A DNA stretch of 63,968 nucleotides, filler included, from Phoronis australis (GCA_002633005.1; 6 parts of 6 records of this genome joined end to end with filler, not necessarily neighbours in it), one strand, 5' to 3'; counted from the first letter of the whole stretch, positions 49,853 through 63,727 are shown. Notes: generated from the letters alone by a model not told the origin. Program-made: numbers and translations.

Positions 49853-50049
49853 TACCAGGAAGAGATAACCAGGAAGGGACAACTGTTTTAGCGCATTTTA
49901 ACGGATATTCAAAAGTGATTTCAAAAGTAAATGTTAAAGTCGTCTAGAATCCAAGCATTGTGTTCGAAAGCTTAACTCTTTAGCTATAAAATGACACCAC
50001 TTTGGTCCCCAAAGACTGCATATTAATGGCACTAGGATGCTTTCAACAT
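49853..50049. repeat. Dispersed repeat; inverted copy at about 62510-62703
   Basis: About 190 bp shared in opposite orientation between two contigs. Confidence 0.85.
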
Positions 50050-51015
50050 GACTTGTTTTACCCTTAAAAAGATGCCTCTTCCCAGGCATGTACTCGGGCA
50101 TGATCCTCTTTTTTGAACCAACAGATGTCACTTATATATGCAAATGAGGCTCGCATCTCCTACATCATATGACGTCACTCATACGATGTCATACGACGCG
50201 AACTTCCAATTTGAACCCTCCGGTGCCTATAGCGATGAATGACTTGAAACGCAGTTCTACCTGATTGGGCAGATCTAAGAAAATTAAGAACTCACACAAG
50301 TCAATGTTCTTTGAACATGGTTTCACATGAAAATACATTTAATTGTATTTGGATACGCTTGCATATGTGTAAGCGTGGACTTTGTCATTTCGCTTAAATC
50401 CAGATTTAGAAGCAGGTGTTAGTCAAGAAATTAGCTGCTCCCGCCACGGGTGGCAGGTGTCGTGGCGTCCGAGTCGCCGGGAAGTCCGATCCATGCATAC
50501 GCAATTCGACAAACTAATGCTAGTCGCTGGTCAGCTCCGCTATGATTCATGCGTAATTCGAAGAACTAATGCTAGTCGCTGGTCAGCTCCGCTACGATTC
50601 ATTTGAGACGTGCGGCTTAGCTCGAACCTATACCCGTGTTCTGGCTCCAAGGTCATTCTGTTTGACCCAGTTTTGGGAAAAGTTTATTTTAATACGGTCA
50701 TTTCCTGAAGATTTTTTTGAAAGATATGATCCCGAAATCCTTGGCCTATAGAGCTGTTGAAACACAGCCACTGGCCGAGCTTCTGCCGCCGGGCGGCTGG
50801 GGAAAATGCTATGGAACGCGTGTCCCAAAAATGCACACACTTCAACTCCTGCAGTTCAAGTTCTTTTCCCGTCAATCACTGTGCTCGGATTCTACGCGGG
50901 CAGCCAACACCTTATTTTTAACGTGGGTGCGTCACTGAGTCACGACGTGTCCAGCCTTTGCAGTATGCACGGGAATGTCAAGCAAACGATTCGGTTTAGA
51001 AGAACCTAAATTCAT

Positions 51016-51115
51016 NNNNNNNNNNNNNNNNNNNNNNNNNNNNNNNNNNNNNNNNNNNNTTAATTAATTAANNNNNNNNNNNNNNNNNNNNNNNNNNNNN
51101 NNNNNNNNNNNNNNN
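51016..51115. other. Artificial contig linker
   Basis: Same N44-TTAATTAATTAA-N44 structure. Confidence 0.97.
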
Positions 51116-51986
51116 AAGGGTAATATCGATAGCTGTATTTCTACAAACCGGTGCATTAGCATTCCCGCAATATGTTTCCAACCTATAGACAGACAATTCG
51201 TCGCTGTTAGTATACAGTTTAGAATCTCGGCGTGCATTCAAAAAGGCGAGAATCTCTTGTGAGAGCAAGAATATCCAAGAGAGATGATCATGCTAACTTC
51301 ATATCATTGGCGAGATTGCGTAAACTAAATGATTCCAAACTCATGACGGCACGTTGCGCTAGTGCTCGTGGTTTCAACCATAATTACGTTCCGTAGAAGC
51401 GAGAGTATGCGACAAAAGCTTGTGCGATCACGTGGTTCGGTTTTAATGCACTAGACAATATTTTGGAACGAATTGCATGATCTTGAATTTTGAGAATAAT
51501 TTTATCCTTCTCAAATCCCCGGGAACACAATAGGCCCAGTTGCTGTCCGGGCACATCGATTAATCCAAGCATATAATTCGTGAAAGCTTTAAGCGCCCCG
51601 TGCTTGCCTGACTGGGAAACAATCCAAGACATGCACTGAGAAGCGAACTTTTTACCGTGTGACTACATTCTCGCTAATAGTTGCAGGTCAAGGTGGGATC
51701 ATAATAGCGGATTTGCAGCGCAAACGAACTACGCATTGCGCATGTGCGAGTTACTTCCTGCGCGAAGGCTCATGGGATAGCTTGTGGTCAGGCATGTCTT
51801 GAGCAGGCTGGATACTGTGTGCATTTGGAGTGATTTGCAAACTAAAAACTATGTTTCATTTTTTTGCTTTATAATACCAAGCAAGTCCTTTCTTTTGTTT
51901 GTAAACACAGCGTAGCTATGATCAGTGACCGTGTGACCGAGGGCTCGTCATATTCATCGGCGTTGATTTCGAAATCTCCTCCGGTT

Positions 51987-52170
51987 TCAGACAAGTTGAG
52001 AGTTCTTGGGTTGCTTAACTTTTGTAGCTTTCGCCGTGGATATGCTAGAGACGTTAATTTTAAGAGGAAACTCCGTCCGGATGTTGTTCTCATAAGTCTT
52101 TTTTCCACCAGGAAAATGTTCGCTGCACACACGATGACCCCTAGGCAATTACATCGCACTGGATCTTTTG
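51987..52170 (-). pseudogene. Degenerate THAP zinc-finger relic (transposon-associated)
   Basis: A frame not in the ORF track reads GHRVCSEHFPGGKKTYENNIRTEFP (THAP C-terminal CxxHF...PT.FP); KDPVR sits upstream in another frame. Confidence 0.6.
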
Positions 52171-54919
52171 ATGCCGCAGGCATTCAGGGGCGATAGTACA
52201 TCCTCACAAAAAGTTACTCATTTCAAAATACAGCAAATAAAATCAAATGAACCATACATATAGGAACACGGAGTTATAATTAACACACACCACGACTCTG
52301 GATACAATTTATTCAGCAAAACTTGAACAAATCTGTCGCGGTTTGCTCGAGTTTCTCTCAGTTACCGCGGGTGCCATTTTGAGGAAGTTACGTGAAATTA
52401 CGCATGTTAACGAATAAAAAGTCCAAGGGACACACATCTTACAAGTTTTACCCGATACCTTCTCATGCTCTTTTGGTGTCGCGCGCTAGCGTCACGCGCT
52501 TCGCTCAGTCTCGCGCTAACCCGCTTTGCCTCACTCACGTGATTCAGTTGACGTGCTTTGTGGTTATCGCGAACGCGATGATAAAATTAATGGAAGCCAA
52601 AAAAGTGAAGTTGTAACTTTTTGCCAAAGTCAACTTAATTCTCACAACTAAGCTTCATCAAAGATATGTATAGAAGAAAGGACCAATGATGAATGTAAGC
52701 GTTTTTTTAAATGATAGTTTTAAGTGTAGAATGTATTTTTGACGAGGTGAAAACTCGAAATCGGTAACACAAATCCAGTCACAACCCGTTTGAAATACAC
52801 TGAAGTAACGAAATGAGTACAGCCGGAAAGCGAATGGAAGTATTGTAGCCCCTAGATGGCCCCGCGTTGGTTTGAATGCGCTAAATCTCCCCTTACTCCC
52901 AGCTCTCCTAACGTTGTTTATCCATTTTCACGAAATTCTTGGCTTGCAGGGAACTCATAAAATTCAGATTTTTATCTCTCTTGTTGTTTTTGAAGCAGCC
53001 AGGAACACAACAAGTGTATCCGCCGTAAGTTTTCTTCGCGCTCACCGCTTACGGTTACTATGGCCGCTTTCGGAATCCTGACCACAGCACCCACAATGCA
53101 CCATTTTAACCTAATTTCAATATGGCGTCGCTGCAAATCCGCTATTTTAGCACATTTTCTTGCATTTTCTTGTCAAGTTTCACCCACTGTCACACACAGT
53201 CGTTACTATTGAAGCAATCACTTACGTATAATTTCAGAACTCTTTCAAGAGTCTCCTTCACCAGCTTAACCACAATGCAACATTCTGACCCATTTCCAAT
53301 ATGGCGGCGTTGCAACTCCGCTATTTTAGCTCCCATAGGCCGGTCAAGGGCCAATCCCTGCTGTGCACACTACTACGAGCATTGGAATCAAACTGTTATA
53401 TATAAAGCAAACGTTTATTAGTATACTGGTGTGAATATTATCAGTGATTTAACCAAAAACTTCGAATGAACTAGACACACTGATGATAGTCTATCTGATA
53501 TCAAAAGACCAAAATTGGCAATTTTCGGCCACCCCATGATACTAAATACAAAATTTTGTCTAATTTTCTTCAAACTCCTACATTTCAATCGTGATTATAC
53601 TGACATCTGTTGGGTCTATCGGCAACTAACCGCACATGAAAGGCTTGGTCGAAAATTATCGTTTTCTCACATGCACTTTCGGGTTTTCAGCGGCGATTCC
53701 GCTGATCGAAGCGACAAAATAAACCGAAACTTTGGCCATACCATGTTAAACATATTTTTTTTCCAATTTTGCTGAAACTTGGCCACGTTTTTAATAAAAT
53801 ACTTATCTATGTTATGTGCTATCGGCAAATGTGATTGGTTCATAAATAAGACCCCCACGCTGTGTTTTCTGCGAATCCCATGTATCCTGAAGGGGGCTGA
53901 CTGAGTGATTTTCGCGCATGCACAGTTCACGGTTTCAATATTGCTGGTAATGCGTCGAAAGTCAGGTAACAAGCCTAACCGGCCATTACATTTTGCAAAT
54001 TATGGAACTAAAGCCATATTGATACTTTAACATAATGCAGGCACAACCTTAGTAATGTATCTTCAAAATGTGATGACCATCAATCTTATCATGTTTTCTT
54101 CAAATGTGCCCTCATCGAATACCTGAGAGACTCACTCTTTCGTGCACTCAATGAAAACCAATAATTGTAAATGCTTTCAATTCCTGTAATAATATCACTA
54201 CTAAGGTTACATTATTTTTAAATGGTAGTCTAAACTTCGACTTTTTTCTTAAGCAATGTTAGTAAATTTGTATGCATCTCTTTTCAATCGTGTTGCTTCT
54301 AATTTCCATATATGTTCATGTTTTTGTTTTTAATATGTTTGTAATAGCATATTTAAATATTTGAATGCTTATATTAGATACTACTTACATGTACATGTAT
54401 ATAGTTCTAAGTATACTACTTTAATCTATGTACTGTCTTCAACCCAGATATAATGCTTCTCGATTACTGGCTTTGACATTATTTTCCGTGTATGTTCGTA
54501 TATATATCGCCTTGAAAACATATTGTAAAAAAATGAATTTACATGTTTACCGCTCAAGGTAGGCGTAAAATCAAACAGACTAGACCGGTGCAGTGAGCAG
54601 TTCTTCAGACTCTCAGTCGACCATTTCGGCAAACAGGATTAAGCTTTTCGCGGAGAGTTCAAGGGCAAAGTGCATTTTGGTTGCATTTCCTTTAGCGTCA
54701 TGGTTTGAACGTGGCATTGCATTGCGGAAATTCGTCTGAGGTTTGTAAGACCTCAATTAAGTTAGTTGCTTCTCCGCGTGCAAAGCCTTGGATATTATGC
54801 TAAATTTAGAAACCCGCAAGTGCTCTATTTAGCAGCAGCATGACCTGCGTGCATTTTCCGTTCAGCTAATTCCTCGATGCCCGCTACAGTTAATATCTAC
54901 TGGAACAGCTTCGATTTAC

Positions 54920-56382
54920 CTGCAACCAGAATAGGACACTCGTTGTTGACCAGTTCAGAATTGAACTTCACAAGCAACTGATCAAATCCCGGCGACACTT
55001 TCTTAACTTGTTCTTTGATTTCAGTGTCCAGTGTATGGACTGTGAAATGCAGCAACGCCATGTAGATCTGGGATAAATCATTTCGCTGTTTAGCGTCTTT
55101 CTCTATAATTTCTTTGATTACGTCAGAAGCCTAAAATGACAACATGTAGTTAAACGCAATGTACTTAAAGTGGCACTGAACTGTTTGCTGAATCGAAGAT
55201 TTGAAAAAAAAAACTTGTACCAAGTCCAATAAAACTGATTCCAAGATGATTGTTCAAATCTCTAGTTACACGTAAAGTAAGCTCCACGCACTAAAAATAC
55301 TAGCAAAACCCACCGAAGACACCTCTTGACTAAGAGACAGAACATTCAGCCTCCCGTTCAGTAACGCTATGACCTAGCTTAAAAGCAAGACTTTGCGAGA
55401 TTACGCGAGATATTGCCGTGTATTTTAAATAAGAGCACGTGACCTTGACTAGCTTTTGGCTAGTTCCTAGCGTAGGTCCTAGCGTCTACTGAACGCACGC
55501 CAGACTCCCCACAGCCCCAACATTATGAAAACCGGATGAGAAGTAGTCGCCCATTCAGCCTAATGTCTGAATGGCACCACGTGTGTGTTGCATGAAAAGT
55601 GTCTCAAGATATCTGAAAATATACGCACAACTGTTAGTTACTGAGATACTTTCTATAAATCATTTCTGGACTGTGACTTGCTGACAGTTACAAAACTAAA
55701 CCTTTATTCTATTCGGTAACTGTGAAATGGGAGCATAAAAGCAAATTTCTGTTTGAAGTTTAGTAATTTTTCATAAAACACACCCCTGAATTTCTCCGCT
55801 TGCAACGATTGCATGGCAAAGACATTAGGTCAGAGGTTTGGTTTGCGTTTACATTCGGTCNGCGAATAAAGTTCTCTATTAATGCCCATTATCAATCCAT
55901 TTATCGTGTAAATATCTGTATATCAAAGCTTTTTTGCGGCAAGACTGTCCAGACATTTCAGACTCCTCTGAGAGCAAAAGTCGGTGACCAGTAGTGATCT
56001 TCTCTGACACATAAACACTGACTTCAGGAGAAACACGTTTTTCTGTTAAAATAAAAAATTCTGTGCTTGAAGAATGCCACAGTTAATTTTGTCTTACTTT
56101 TAAGGAGAAAAGGGAAAATAATCCGGCTAATTTGTAGTCAAGACCAAAATTATATCGACCACTCAAGCATCACTCCAACACCATCCCTCTACCATAGGAA
56201 AATATTCTCACCTTGTTTTGATGGGGCCCGCTTGCTTCACTAAGACGACTAAGTAGAAGACTTTTTAAATCTTCAAATGTTTCTAGGTTTTCATAGGGTA
56301 TGCCATTGGCTTCCAGCAATGACGCGGCGTCAAAAAAGCCTTCCAATTCTTCAACCTGCTCCCTCGAGTATGTCAGGGACAT
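54920..56382 (-). CDS. Two exons (56382-56212, 55130-54920) of a probable dynamin-like GTPase-domain protein
   Basis: MSLTYSREQVEELEGFFDA...GPHQNK|gtgag spliced to ttttag|ASDVIKEIIEK...ELVNNECPILVAG|gtaaat. Both exons are open, with good splice sites and compatible phase. ECPILVAG looks like the strand leading into a Dynamin_N P-loop, but the GKS exon was not seen. Confidence 0.6.
55354..55496. mobile_element. MITE family C; inverted copy at about 56810-56940
   Basis: gttcagtaacgct...gcaagactt.gcgagattac / gtaatctcgc.aagtcttgc...cctagcgttactgaac. Confidence 0.7.
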
Positions 56383-57445
56383 CTTTGCCGATCTACAAGA
56401 AAAATTAAATTTACAAGGAAGTATGTATATTCCGCAGATACTTCTAAGAAATGGAAGCCAAATATCGCTTTCAAAGCACGCTTCGCGACATTGCAGTCCC
56501 CTCCCCACAAAATGAAAGAATTCGGGTGGGCCAAGTTTGGTAGCAATCCTGCGTATTATTAAATGTGCAGCAATTGCAACGAAAGGAATTCAGTGGAGTA
56601 AACGAAACCAGGTGGTTTCTGTCTTGGATCATCGTAGCTTCACCTGGGGTTGTGCAAGGTTCATACAACAGCCACGACACACTAAAGGTGTGACATTGCA
56701 CACTTTACCGTAGAATTGCCGTAGGACTGTCGTACAAGCTATCGTGACGATCAGTGGGCATCCGAAACTGAAAGCGAATAGTATCAACGAAACGTTGAGT
56801 GTCTGGTTGAGTTCAGTAGCTGTCTCGCGGCTAGAAAAATCTTGCCAAAATCATTTGAAATACACGACAATATCTCACGTAATCTCGCGAAGTCTTGCTT
56901 TTTAGGGAGGTCTTGGCGTAGGTCCTAGCGTTACTGAACTCTACCATGGTTCACTCCGAAGTCTTGAGAGCGGCGATGGTCTTCTATTTCACTCCAAGTC
57001 AGTCTGTCACGGTGAGCGGTTTTAAAACTGTAGCAAAACCGTACGGTTTAGGTGGAAAACAGAAAACCACGCCGGCTCACACACACGAATTTCGTTGATA
57101 TCCGTCTCGGTCACTTGTGAATGGCTGCAGTTCACCACGTTAGCCTGTACGGTGGTTCTACAGTGACGCACCGTAGCTAGTGAAATTAGAAAGCTTTTAT
57201 GGAGAACTATTACGTATACTCGGCTTTTACTTTTACACCACGTGATCGGTTTTTACGGCATTGCTGTAGGCCTAACGGTAAAAACAAAAGTTAAGTACGT
57301 AAAAGATGGTCGACAAACGTAACTTGAAAACTTCCACGTTTTTGTTAATTAAGTGAGATTTTGTCATTTAAGCACCTTGACAATTGAGTTATGAAATAAA
57401 GTGCCTTCTGCAATTAATCACAGATTCGAATTTGACAACCATTAC

Positions 57446-57604
57446 CAGATGCGGATCCAAAATTTTGAGTTAGTGGGGGCCAGGGCAGAGTATTAACCAG
57501 TATTTTGCCCGTCAGACATTCGCACCCCCGAACTGCCGAATGTAATCTGGGAGAATTTTAGGGGGGAGCATGGCCCCGTTGGCCCCCCTCTAAATCCGCC
57601 ACTG
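57446..57604 (-). mobile_element. MITE family B copy
   Basis: Reverse complement of 8858-9015 with TIRs cagatgcggatcc / aatccgccactg. Confidence 0.78.
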
Positions 57605-59854
57605 GTTACAAAATTATTCAGCCAGCTCCAGAATTAACCTTCACTCCAGTTACCGCTGAGCGGCCATCCCCATGAGTCTGGCTCAGTCACGTGAGCCATA
57701 CAAGCGCGTGATACAGCAACAGTAGTGTCCACAAAGTAAGTGATGCCCTGGGCGAACTCCTTAATCAAATACACGGCATTGGCGGGTAAATAATTTCGTA
57801 CAGAGGCGACAAGCCTTGCGTTTCGCCACCCCCACCCCCTAAGGCAAACCCAGTCGGTGTCCCTTTTGCTCCTCACTTCCTTTCTCTTAGGTCGACTTCT
57901 GCATTTTTAAAGTGAACACCGATTTTGTGCCTCCCCCCCAGCGTACGAATTTTTTTACCCTCCTTGGGCTGTGCCCGGGCAATTGCCCCTCGCCCTTCAG
58001 ATGTGCCGCTGCTGCTAGTACTCATCAAAGTCCCACTTACCGCATGCACTGTCACTCGTGTGAAAATCAGATATTATCTCCATAATTCTCAGTAAAGGAA
58101 TTCATTAATCTTATTTCAACCTTCAACGGTTTAGCGCATAGTAATGTCAAATTTAAGCTCCGTACTTATTCCCCTGTAGCATGAATATTGACATAGACCT
58201 ATTGGATCTTGATGCCGTGAGCACACCCAGTCAGTAATCTTACGTTTGGTATTTGGGTTACAGTTTTGGTGCTCCGACCTTAAAAATTAAATTCGTCCAG
58301 CAATCACAGACTTTGGGGAGTTTCATTGTGGTTTTCACAGAAGAAAATTCGTGTTTGCTAGCACAGGGGTATGTTATATATAGCAGTACTCTGCTCAAGA
58401 CCTCTATCGACCTCCACATACCTAAACTGAACCTAACCCCAAATTTCAATAGTTTTTAAGGATTCAGATAAATCGGGTCACGTTATCAGAGCTCGCAAAC
58501 TTCGTATCGTTTTTGTTCCCTCGAAACCTTGAATCTACGATATCAGACGGAAATTTTGTTGTTAACCGAAACAGGTACCGTGTTCAAACATCCTCGACAA
58601 AAGTTTTTCTGCTCTCTTAATATAAAAAGTGTGTTGACTGCTATGTAGGACACTAAAAAGACATCAAGTTAAGCTAAACTTTGGATCGTCATATCTCAAA
58701 AATGGATGTCCGAATTCATATGAGTCGTTCACACTCTATGTTTTTCAAACTTATCTCTGAAAAACTGCTTGAAATCACATTTAAAACGTTCTTCTTTTGC
58801 ATGAGAGGCTATCGAAATAAGATTTTAACGATGTTTATGAAAGAACTCAACGTTGCATAAAACGAAAACGAAAAATTTTAGAATCTGTAACAGTTTTTTT
58901 TATTTTATATCAAATGAGATTTGGTCGTGTTACTTGATTGTACTAAAATGATATGGTCACGTGACCCAATTAGTGGCAGATTGGTACAGATTTAAAAGTC
59001 GAAGTCTACAGGCTTTCTACTGTATACTTTGTCAAAGTTACTTTCTATGATTGTTTAGATAGGCCTATTTGGCTAAATGAAGAGACGATTAAAGTAGATG
59101 ATCTAACCCTTACGACAACATCTGGGTGAACACTCCAGAATGATGCTAACTTAGCTAACAACCGACGGCCAATAACACGAATTTTTATGCCTTTCACGTC
59201 GTTGCTGCAAATGAAATCATCGGCCCTGAAATAAAACTAGGCCAACACAATTGATGTCGTTATTTGAAAAGTCATCAAGACAAGCGAATACACCGTGTCT
59301 TGATTACGCAGCGTAATATGGGTCACTACGTCTAGTGTACTTTGTGTACACCACCAGTTTAAAAATCAATTCACGGAATCTCAGTATGAACTGGGACAAC
59401 CCATCAAAATCACGCGAGCTTAAGTTAATATAAATGTTGATTTCGGGGCTACAACAGGTACCACATATGATATACGGCACTATTAATAGATTATAACTTC
59501 TTCGGCACTGGTTACAGTTGTTCAAGGAACTATTTGATGAATACAGCCAAAGATACAACGCTCCAAGCGGAGTCTCTTCGACTTACATCTCAATAAAATA
59601 ATAAAATTATACTTACTCAGTAGATCTCGATATGTTCCCAACACTACATCGGTGAAGTTTTCACCGATTGCTTCGCTCAACAACACGGCAGTGACGCTGA
59701 TAAATGTCTAAAAGCGGAACAATAAGCGGGGTTACAATATCTCCTCGTGACGACTCTGATAAAGGGATTTTACGAACGACCTTTAGTAGTTAACTAAAAT
59801 TGGGCTAACTGCAAACCGAAACCGGATGTCGCTATCACTTTCGTAATGATCAAC

Positions 59855-59954
59855 NNNNNNNNNNNNNNNNNNNNNNNNNNNNNNNNNNNNNNNNNNNNTT
59901 AATTAATTAANNNNNNNNNNNNNNNNNNNNNNNNNNNNNNNNNNNNNNNNNNNN
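59855..59954. other. Artificial contig linker
   Basis: Same N44-TTAATTAATTAA-N44 structure. Confidence 0.97.
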
Positions 59955-61011
59955 GATTCCTGTTGTGGGAGGAGATCTGTACGGGAAAGATACAATACGG
60001 CCAATCCCGTTACCAGTACGCTGCGTCTGTTCTGAAGGGCCAGACCATACAGTGTGACACTTACCTCGCAAGATCAGAAAATCTTTTGCGTTCTTTTTGA
60101 AGCACTGCGGAACGGTTTGAAGTGTACAGCCACGGCTAAATACCGACATAGCGGCGAGGCTCGTGGTCTACTAGAAATTCCGCGCGCAATGATTTTTTCA
60201 GGACTGTCGGATATTATTGATAAATTGAATACATTACTGTAGAATTTTAGAACTGTGAGGTAAGGCATTTTTTCGCACAAATATATACACATTCATGGAC
60301 TGGGCGCTTGTTTTAGCGAAGTCTGAAAACGATTGGGGACGCTTATAGGGGCATGGGCGCTTATTAGGACGTATGTTATAAAAATAATTTTGCCGGCTAA
60401 AATGACATTGTACATTACAATAAGAAATCAGTTCCAAGAAATATAGTATTTCATTTGCTATGAGCACATGGACCGGTCTTCCACCTTTCTCCCCTTTTCT
60501 TCGTTTCGGACTAGTCCACAAATTCTTTGTGCACGACCACACACTGTGTTTTTTGACGAATCGCGTAACGCCGGGGTGACATGTACTGAATCGGTAGGGT
60601 CGCACTGCGCCGATGTTTTTTACTGCCGGAGCATCGACACGATGACCAAACTGAACTTTAAATTCATGATAAAAACAGCACAAGGAGAAGGAAAATTATT
60701 CATATTCATCTGGGAAACGACATATAGCGCTTTTGCGCTCTGAAATTCGCTCGCCACCTGGGCGACCGGCAAGTCAACTTCTACTCGCCCAGCACCATTT
60801 TTACTCGCATTAGCGGCTGGCGAATGGCTAAGTATATCCCTCGGAAGGATACCGACGAGTTATTACTGGAATTGGTACGTTCAGGCACTGCACAGTACAC
60901 CATCATGGTCAGCTGATGATCACTCACGAGGTTTTATCAGTGTGCCTCGTTTTCGATCAGTATTTAAAGATGGCGCGGGAAGATGGCGCTTTCGTGAAAT
61001 AGGTGAATACA

Positions 61012-61933
61012 ACTGCCATATTTCCACATATATGGGATAGATGAAGAGTCGCCATCGAAGTTTCTAATATTACCGTACAAATATGAAACTTTCTCTAAGA
61101 CTCATATACTGAACACTATTAAAGCGTCAACACCTCAACAGCGTCAACACATACAGAGCAGGAACGCTCATCTCTAGCTTTACCCAAGTGTCTGCCAATT
61201 TCGATTTTCATTGAGTTTATAATGTGAGGATCTCAGACGTAGAAGACTTGAAATTAAATATTTGCTAATTAGAACTCTGCCATATTCTTCTAGAATGAAC
61301 CCATTTTTAAACAGTTTATAGGAATCTTAATTTACCAACAGATATTAGAGAAAATGTAGTCAGAGGTATACGCGTCTCCCGGATTGTGATATAGGTTCTG
61401 TTTTTTTTTTTGTTTTTTTTGTTGATAATTTAGTNATACGGCTTCTACCGTTGTATACGGCTTCTATCGTGGTATAGGGGTTAGCTCTACTTTCCCCGTT
61501 GATTACGTGACTGCCATATTTCCACATATATGGGATAGATGAAGAGTCGCCATCGAAGTTTCTAATATTACCGTACAAATATGAAACTTTCTCTAAGACT
61601 CATATACTGAACACTATTAAAGCGTCAACACCTCAACAGCGTCAACACATACAGAGCAGGAACGCTCATCTCTAGCTTTACCCAAGTGTCTGCCAATTTC
61701 GATTTTCATTGAGTTTATAATGTGAGGATCTCAGACGTAGAAGACTTGAAATTAAATATTTGCTAATTAGAACTCTGCCATATTCTTCTAGAATGAACCC
61801 ATTTTTAAACAGTTTATAGGAATCTTAATTTACCAACAGATATTAGAGAAAATGTAGTCAGAGGTATACGCGTCTCCCGGATTGTGATATAGGTTCTGTT
61901 TTTTTTTTTGTTTTTTTTGTTGATAATTTAGTG
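61012..61933. repeat. About 425-bp direct duplication around a single N (61436), likely a haplotype artefact
   Basis: 61012-61435 matches 61510-61933. Confidence 0.85.
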
Positions 61934-62142
61934 CTGGTTTCGACTACTGTTGCTGGGCTACAGTCGAGGCTCAATGTCATCGAAAAGTTTTGTCGAGATT
62001 GGAACTTGCATGTTAATTTGAAGAAAACAAATGTCGTGGTATTTAAGCGTGGGAGCATACTTTCAAAGACAGAAAGGTGTTTTTTTCGGCGACAAGAAAA
62101 TAGATACCTAATCGTATAACAAATACTTAGGAGTCACATTCT
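61916..62142 (+). pseudogene. Non-LTR retrotransposon reverse-transcriptase relic (CR1/L2-like)
   Basis: FVDNLVLVSTTVAGLQSRLN..EKFC..WNL.VNLKKT.VVVF and a frameshifted KYLGVTF; the catalytic ADD has decayed to VDN. Confidence 0.8.
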
Positions 62143-63727
62143 AATGCGATTTCGACAACTTCAACCAAAATTTGATAATGGCAATCTCAGACATCATGAT
62201 ATGTCTGCTCAGGTCACCTCTGGGCTGCTGAATTTGGGTCATTTTGTCCGAGGCTTAAGAAGTGGCTTATTGACTGACAAACTCGGAATTTACAATAAGT
62301 GTGCGAGTGCGTGCGTTCGTGTGTGTTTGCATAGTGTGTTTACTTCTGTAAAAAGGACCGGTGACCTAATAACACAGAATAAATTACTACTATTACTACA
62401 CTACTATTCGACCGACATGCAAAACAAGTAAACCGGTTTTGCTATTCAGCCGACAAACTTCACGGGGCTCATTGGTCAATAGGTGTCAACAACAAAATAT
62501 ACTTCTCCATATTCAAAGCATCTTAGTGCCATTAATATGCAGTCTTTGGGGACCAAAGTGGTGTCATTTTATAGCTAAAGAGTTAAGATTTCAAACACAA
62601 TGCTTGGATTCCAGACGACTTTGACATTTACTTTTGAAATCACTTTTGAATATCCGTTAAAATGCGCTAAAACAGTTGTCCCTTCCTGGTTATCTCTTCC
62701 TGACTATAATTATAACATGTAAATCTGAAGTTATGGCCGCAAGAATCTGATTATTTCGCCTACAAGATGTGTTAATAATGTTTACCTGTGAGTGCGTTGA
62801 AAGTCGGTTGAATAGCGAAGATCTGACTATTTTTTCGAAGATGTGTAACCGCGACGATGGAGCCCAAGTTTGTCTAGGGTGAACTCACAATTATCTGATT
62901 ATTTGAGCGACAAGCCGTGACGTCACAAAAAACACCAATGAGATCGTTGAATGTTTCGAACATTTACAGGAACACTTTCGAATTTTTTCATCAAAAACGG
63001 GTTTTCCTGTTTGATTAGCTGAATTTTACTGCAATTTGCCCCGACACCTTTCGTAGTAAAATAAGATATTCGTAACTGGATTCAACTATCATTTATTTTT
63101 GTTAATGGACCATTTTTCACAATTACGTAAGTAGCCTCCTTTTCTGAACACCACGTTTTTTAATTACTAGTTTCCATTTTTACCACACACCTCAATCGTC
63201 TTAATAAGCCGTTTCAATTCTTTGGCTGTTTTAGAGAATACAACTAAATTATCTGCAAATAACACAGTGTAACTAAACATACCTAATGATACACAAGCAT
63301 CAGTATTAGCCATCAACTCTTGTTGAAGATAATTTATATACAAAGGTGAAAGTTGGCATTCTTGCCCTTCTCCTCACAAACAATCGAAATAGTTCGTGAT
63401 TTCACCACTTTGGTTGTCCTGATCACACGACTTCACGATCCGATACGTTTCAAACCATATTGTGTACATTTTACCGGTTACACGTTACACGAATGAATTC
63501 GGCAAATTTCTTAGAGGTCCCCCAAACCCAGTGGGATGCCTCAAGGGAGTCATAGTTGAGGTGACAAATGACTAGCCTAACTCATACTATTCGTATTTTC
63601 ATACTTTCAGTTGATGTGAGCTTTCAGCACAAGGCTGTAGCTCGTTCACTCGAGATTGACAGCTTAGCTCCCAGCTATCCGTGGTTAGTTAAAAGTTCTG
63701 AAGGCTGCCTCCGCGGGGTTTACTCAC

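Noticed and set aside
51384-51632. Missing P-loop exon of the dynamin-like gene
   Set aside because: SQSGKHG is not GxxxxGKS, and no phase-compatible acceptor was found.
57634-58055. Two adjacent minus-strand ORFs
   Set aside because: Non-ATG starts, overlap with GC-rich repeat-like sequence, no protein-like motifs.
58420-58445. Telomeric-like aacctaacccc
   Set aside because: Single degenerate unit, common inside repeats.
60967-61003. Tandem AAGATGGCG as a gene start
   Set aside because: Both ATG frames stop within about 10 codons; the YY1-like motifs alone are insufficient.
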